Shown here: positions 61,663 through 63,095 of the stretch, piece after piece
Layout: each line of letters opens with the position of its first letter
Numbering within the stretch: the first letter of the stretch is position 1
Source of the DNA: an uncultured Rhodothermales bacterium
GTDB lineage: Bacteria; Bacteroidota; Rhodothermia; Rhodothermales; VXPQ01
Direction: 5' to 3'
Length of the DNA: 63,095 nt
Assembly: GCA_964554105.1 (NCBI GenBank)
Contig: CAZKNF010000013.1
Location: 1 to 63,095, forward strand
Position numbers and translations under genes: made by a program
Notes under the pieces: model-generated
Databases searched by the model: none
The model's input: only the letters and a program-made list of their open reading frames with translations
Told to the model about the DNA's origin: nothing

Positions 61663-62103
61663 ATGCCTGTAAGAAAAGCCGATGCCGTTTGGGAAGGAGA
61701 TCTTCAAAACGGTAGTGGAACGATGAAAATGGGTACCTCCTATGAGGGACCTTACTCTGCCGCCTCCCGATTTCAGGACGGCAGCGGTACCAATCCAGAC
61801 GAACTTTTGGCCGCGGCGCATGCCGGATGTTTCTCGATGGCCTTCTCGAAAGTTCTGGCTGACGCCGGTCACACGCCGAACCGGATCCAGACGACGGCGA
61901 AGGTCCACCTCGATAAGCAGGAGAACGGATTCGCCATTACGCGCGTCGAGCTGGTAACCGAAGCGGACGTGCCGGGTATCGCAGAAGACGCATTTAAGTC
62001 CGCAGCCGAATCGGCAAAAGAGAATTGTCCGGTGTCGAAGCTGTTCAAGGGTGCAGAGATATCCGTCGACGCCACGCTGGCGAAAGCCGAAGCGCAGTCG
62101 TAA
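61663..62103 (+). CDS. osmC: OsmC family peroxiredoxin
   Basis: A.WEG.L..G.G, SRF, GTNPDELLAAAHAGCFSMA, AKENCPVSK. Confidence 0.95.
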   Translation: MPVRKADAVWEGDLQNGSGTMKMGTSYEGPYSAASRFQDGSGTNPDELLAAAHAGCFSMAFSKVLADAGHTPNRIQTTAKVHLDKQENGFAITRVELVTEADVPGIAEDAFKSAAESAKENCPVSKLFKGAEISVDATLAKAEAQS

Positions 62104-62343
62104 TGCCACCGTGGTAATGCCGCAGTCGTAATACCCGAGCGTCTGGCTCGCATCGATTCTTGCAACCGGAGCGGCTTCGACGCATGGAACGTAGTCGGAT
62201 GAAAGTACGTGATGCCCTTCGCTATAACGCCGGCGTCGCATGCGCAACATTGCGGTTACGCACATCGACGCCTCTTGTTATTCGAAGCCGCAGTCCGTGT
62301 ATTAGAGATGCAAGTCTACCTTGTGCAAATCGGAAAAAGGTGG

Positions 62344-62381
62344 GAGAACCCGGTGCGGTTGGTGGGCCGCACCGGGTTTTC
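62344..62381. terminator. Probable bidirectional intrinsic terminator
   Basis: GAGAACCCGGTGCGG / CCGCACCGGGTTTTC stem with 8-nt loop, between convergent genes. Confidence 0.7.
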
Positions 62382-62411
62382 GATTGTCGGCGAGATTGGG
62401 TCTAAGCGTCT

Positions 62412-62765
62412 TCAGCGGGTGCGGTCTTCTATTTCCACCTCATCATCCTCCCCACTGCTGCGCTCATCTAAGAACCGGAGAAATCGATCGATGTGAGGAC
62501 CGCCGTGCTGCGTGACGATCGACTGCGTAGGTTCAGCGTCCATCCGAACGACGGCTAGATGATCGCAGTTCGGGCACTGGATCATGAACTGGCGCTCCCC
62601 ACCTTCCAGTCTCGCCAGTGAGCGGAAATATGGACGAGCCGCCGCGCAGTTCGGACACTCCCATTTTTCACCCTCGACATCCGTCGTATCAGACTCGACA
62701 GGTCGCCAGGGACTCAGGAAGAGGAGCTGCTCGGAGGTAAGATGTCCGACCTTTGTGTCGCCCAT
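62412..62765 (-). CDS. Small zinc-ribbon protein (two CPNC motifs), unknown function
   Basis: WECPNC...IQCPNCD; follows the DUF1080-like gene on the same strand. Confidence 0.7.
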   Translation of the reverse strand: MGDTKVGHLTSEQLLFLSPWRPVESDTTDVEGEKWECPNCAAARPYFRSLARLEGGERQFMIQCPNCDHLAVVRMDAEPTQSIVTQHGGPHIDRFLRFLDERSSGEDDEVEIEDRTR

Positions 62766-62800
62766 GATTCACGCCGGATCTATGATGTGTGAGGCAGGAA

Positions 62801-63094
62801 TCAGTGACGAAGGATCTTAATGCTGCGAAACCAGACGTCGTCGCCATGGTCCTGAAGCACCACATGACCCTGCCGGCGATCTGCGAAACCCTCGATGTCG
62901 TGATACTTGCTCGCACTCAGTAGCGAATCGAAACGCTCGCTCCCGAGCTCATACCGCACGATGAGCTCACCGTTGAGCCAATGCTCGCCGCGATCGCCGA
63001 TAAATACCAGACGCGAATGATTGTACTCGCCGACAGGTCTCAGACTCTTGCTGTTTCCCGGCGGAATCATGTCGTATAACGCCCCTGCCGTGCG
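62801..63094 (-). CDS. DUF1080 / 3-keto-disaccharide hydrolase family (5' partial)
   Basis: Frame open to the window edge: RTAGALYDMIPP, EHWLNG, GHVVLQDHG..VWFRSIKI. Confidence 0.88.
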   Translation of the reverse strand, partial: RTAGALYDMIPPGNSKSLRPVGEYNHSRLVFIGDRGEHWLNGELIVRYELGSERFDSLLSASKYHDIEGFADRRQGHVVLQDHGDDVWFRSIKILRH

Positions 63095-63095
63095 C

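Noticed and set aside
61381-62496. 294-aa minus ORF over osmC and short plus ORFs at 62160-62496
   Set aside because: The first is antisense to osmC. The others run through the terminator hairpin and have no RBS or motifs.

Overview
A 63-kb bacterial chromosomal segment, moderately GC-rich (roughly 55-60% by eye). Gene content (GlnRS-YqeY, scpA-scpB, standalone P5C dehydrogenase, long acidic IF2) suggests a Rhodothermia/Rhodothermales-like organism; this is inference. The left half is mostly + strand housekeeping: infB-rbfA-truB-ribF-rpsO-pnp-M16 peptidase-epimerase-scpA-scpB-rluB-guaB, followed by peptidase, amidase and glycosyltransferase genes. The right half is mixed but mostly - strand: copZ-csoR-copA, a sugar ABC ATPase with a LacI regulator, purC, moaD/moaE, lolC/E, pruA plus an amine-dehydrogenase-like gene, hemA-hemC-hemD, PBP1A, a nucleotidyltransferase/metallophosphoesterase pair, pepF and osmC. 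The most notable element lies where the strand bias changes: a lone Xer-like tyrosine recombinase (32528-33490, -) with a near-perfectly symmetric 11-6-11 dif-like site (33517-33544) between its ATG and a near-consensus sigma70 promoter. This is a candidate self-contained, autoregulated single-recombinase Xer/dif module. No rRNA, tRNA, CRISPR array, transposase or prophage structural genes were recognised. All calls come from motif recognition by eye; no searches were run.
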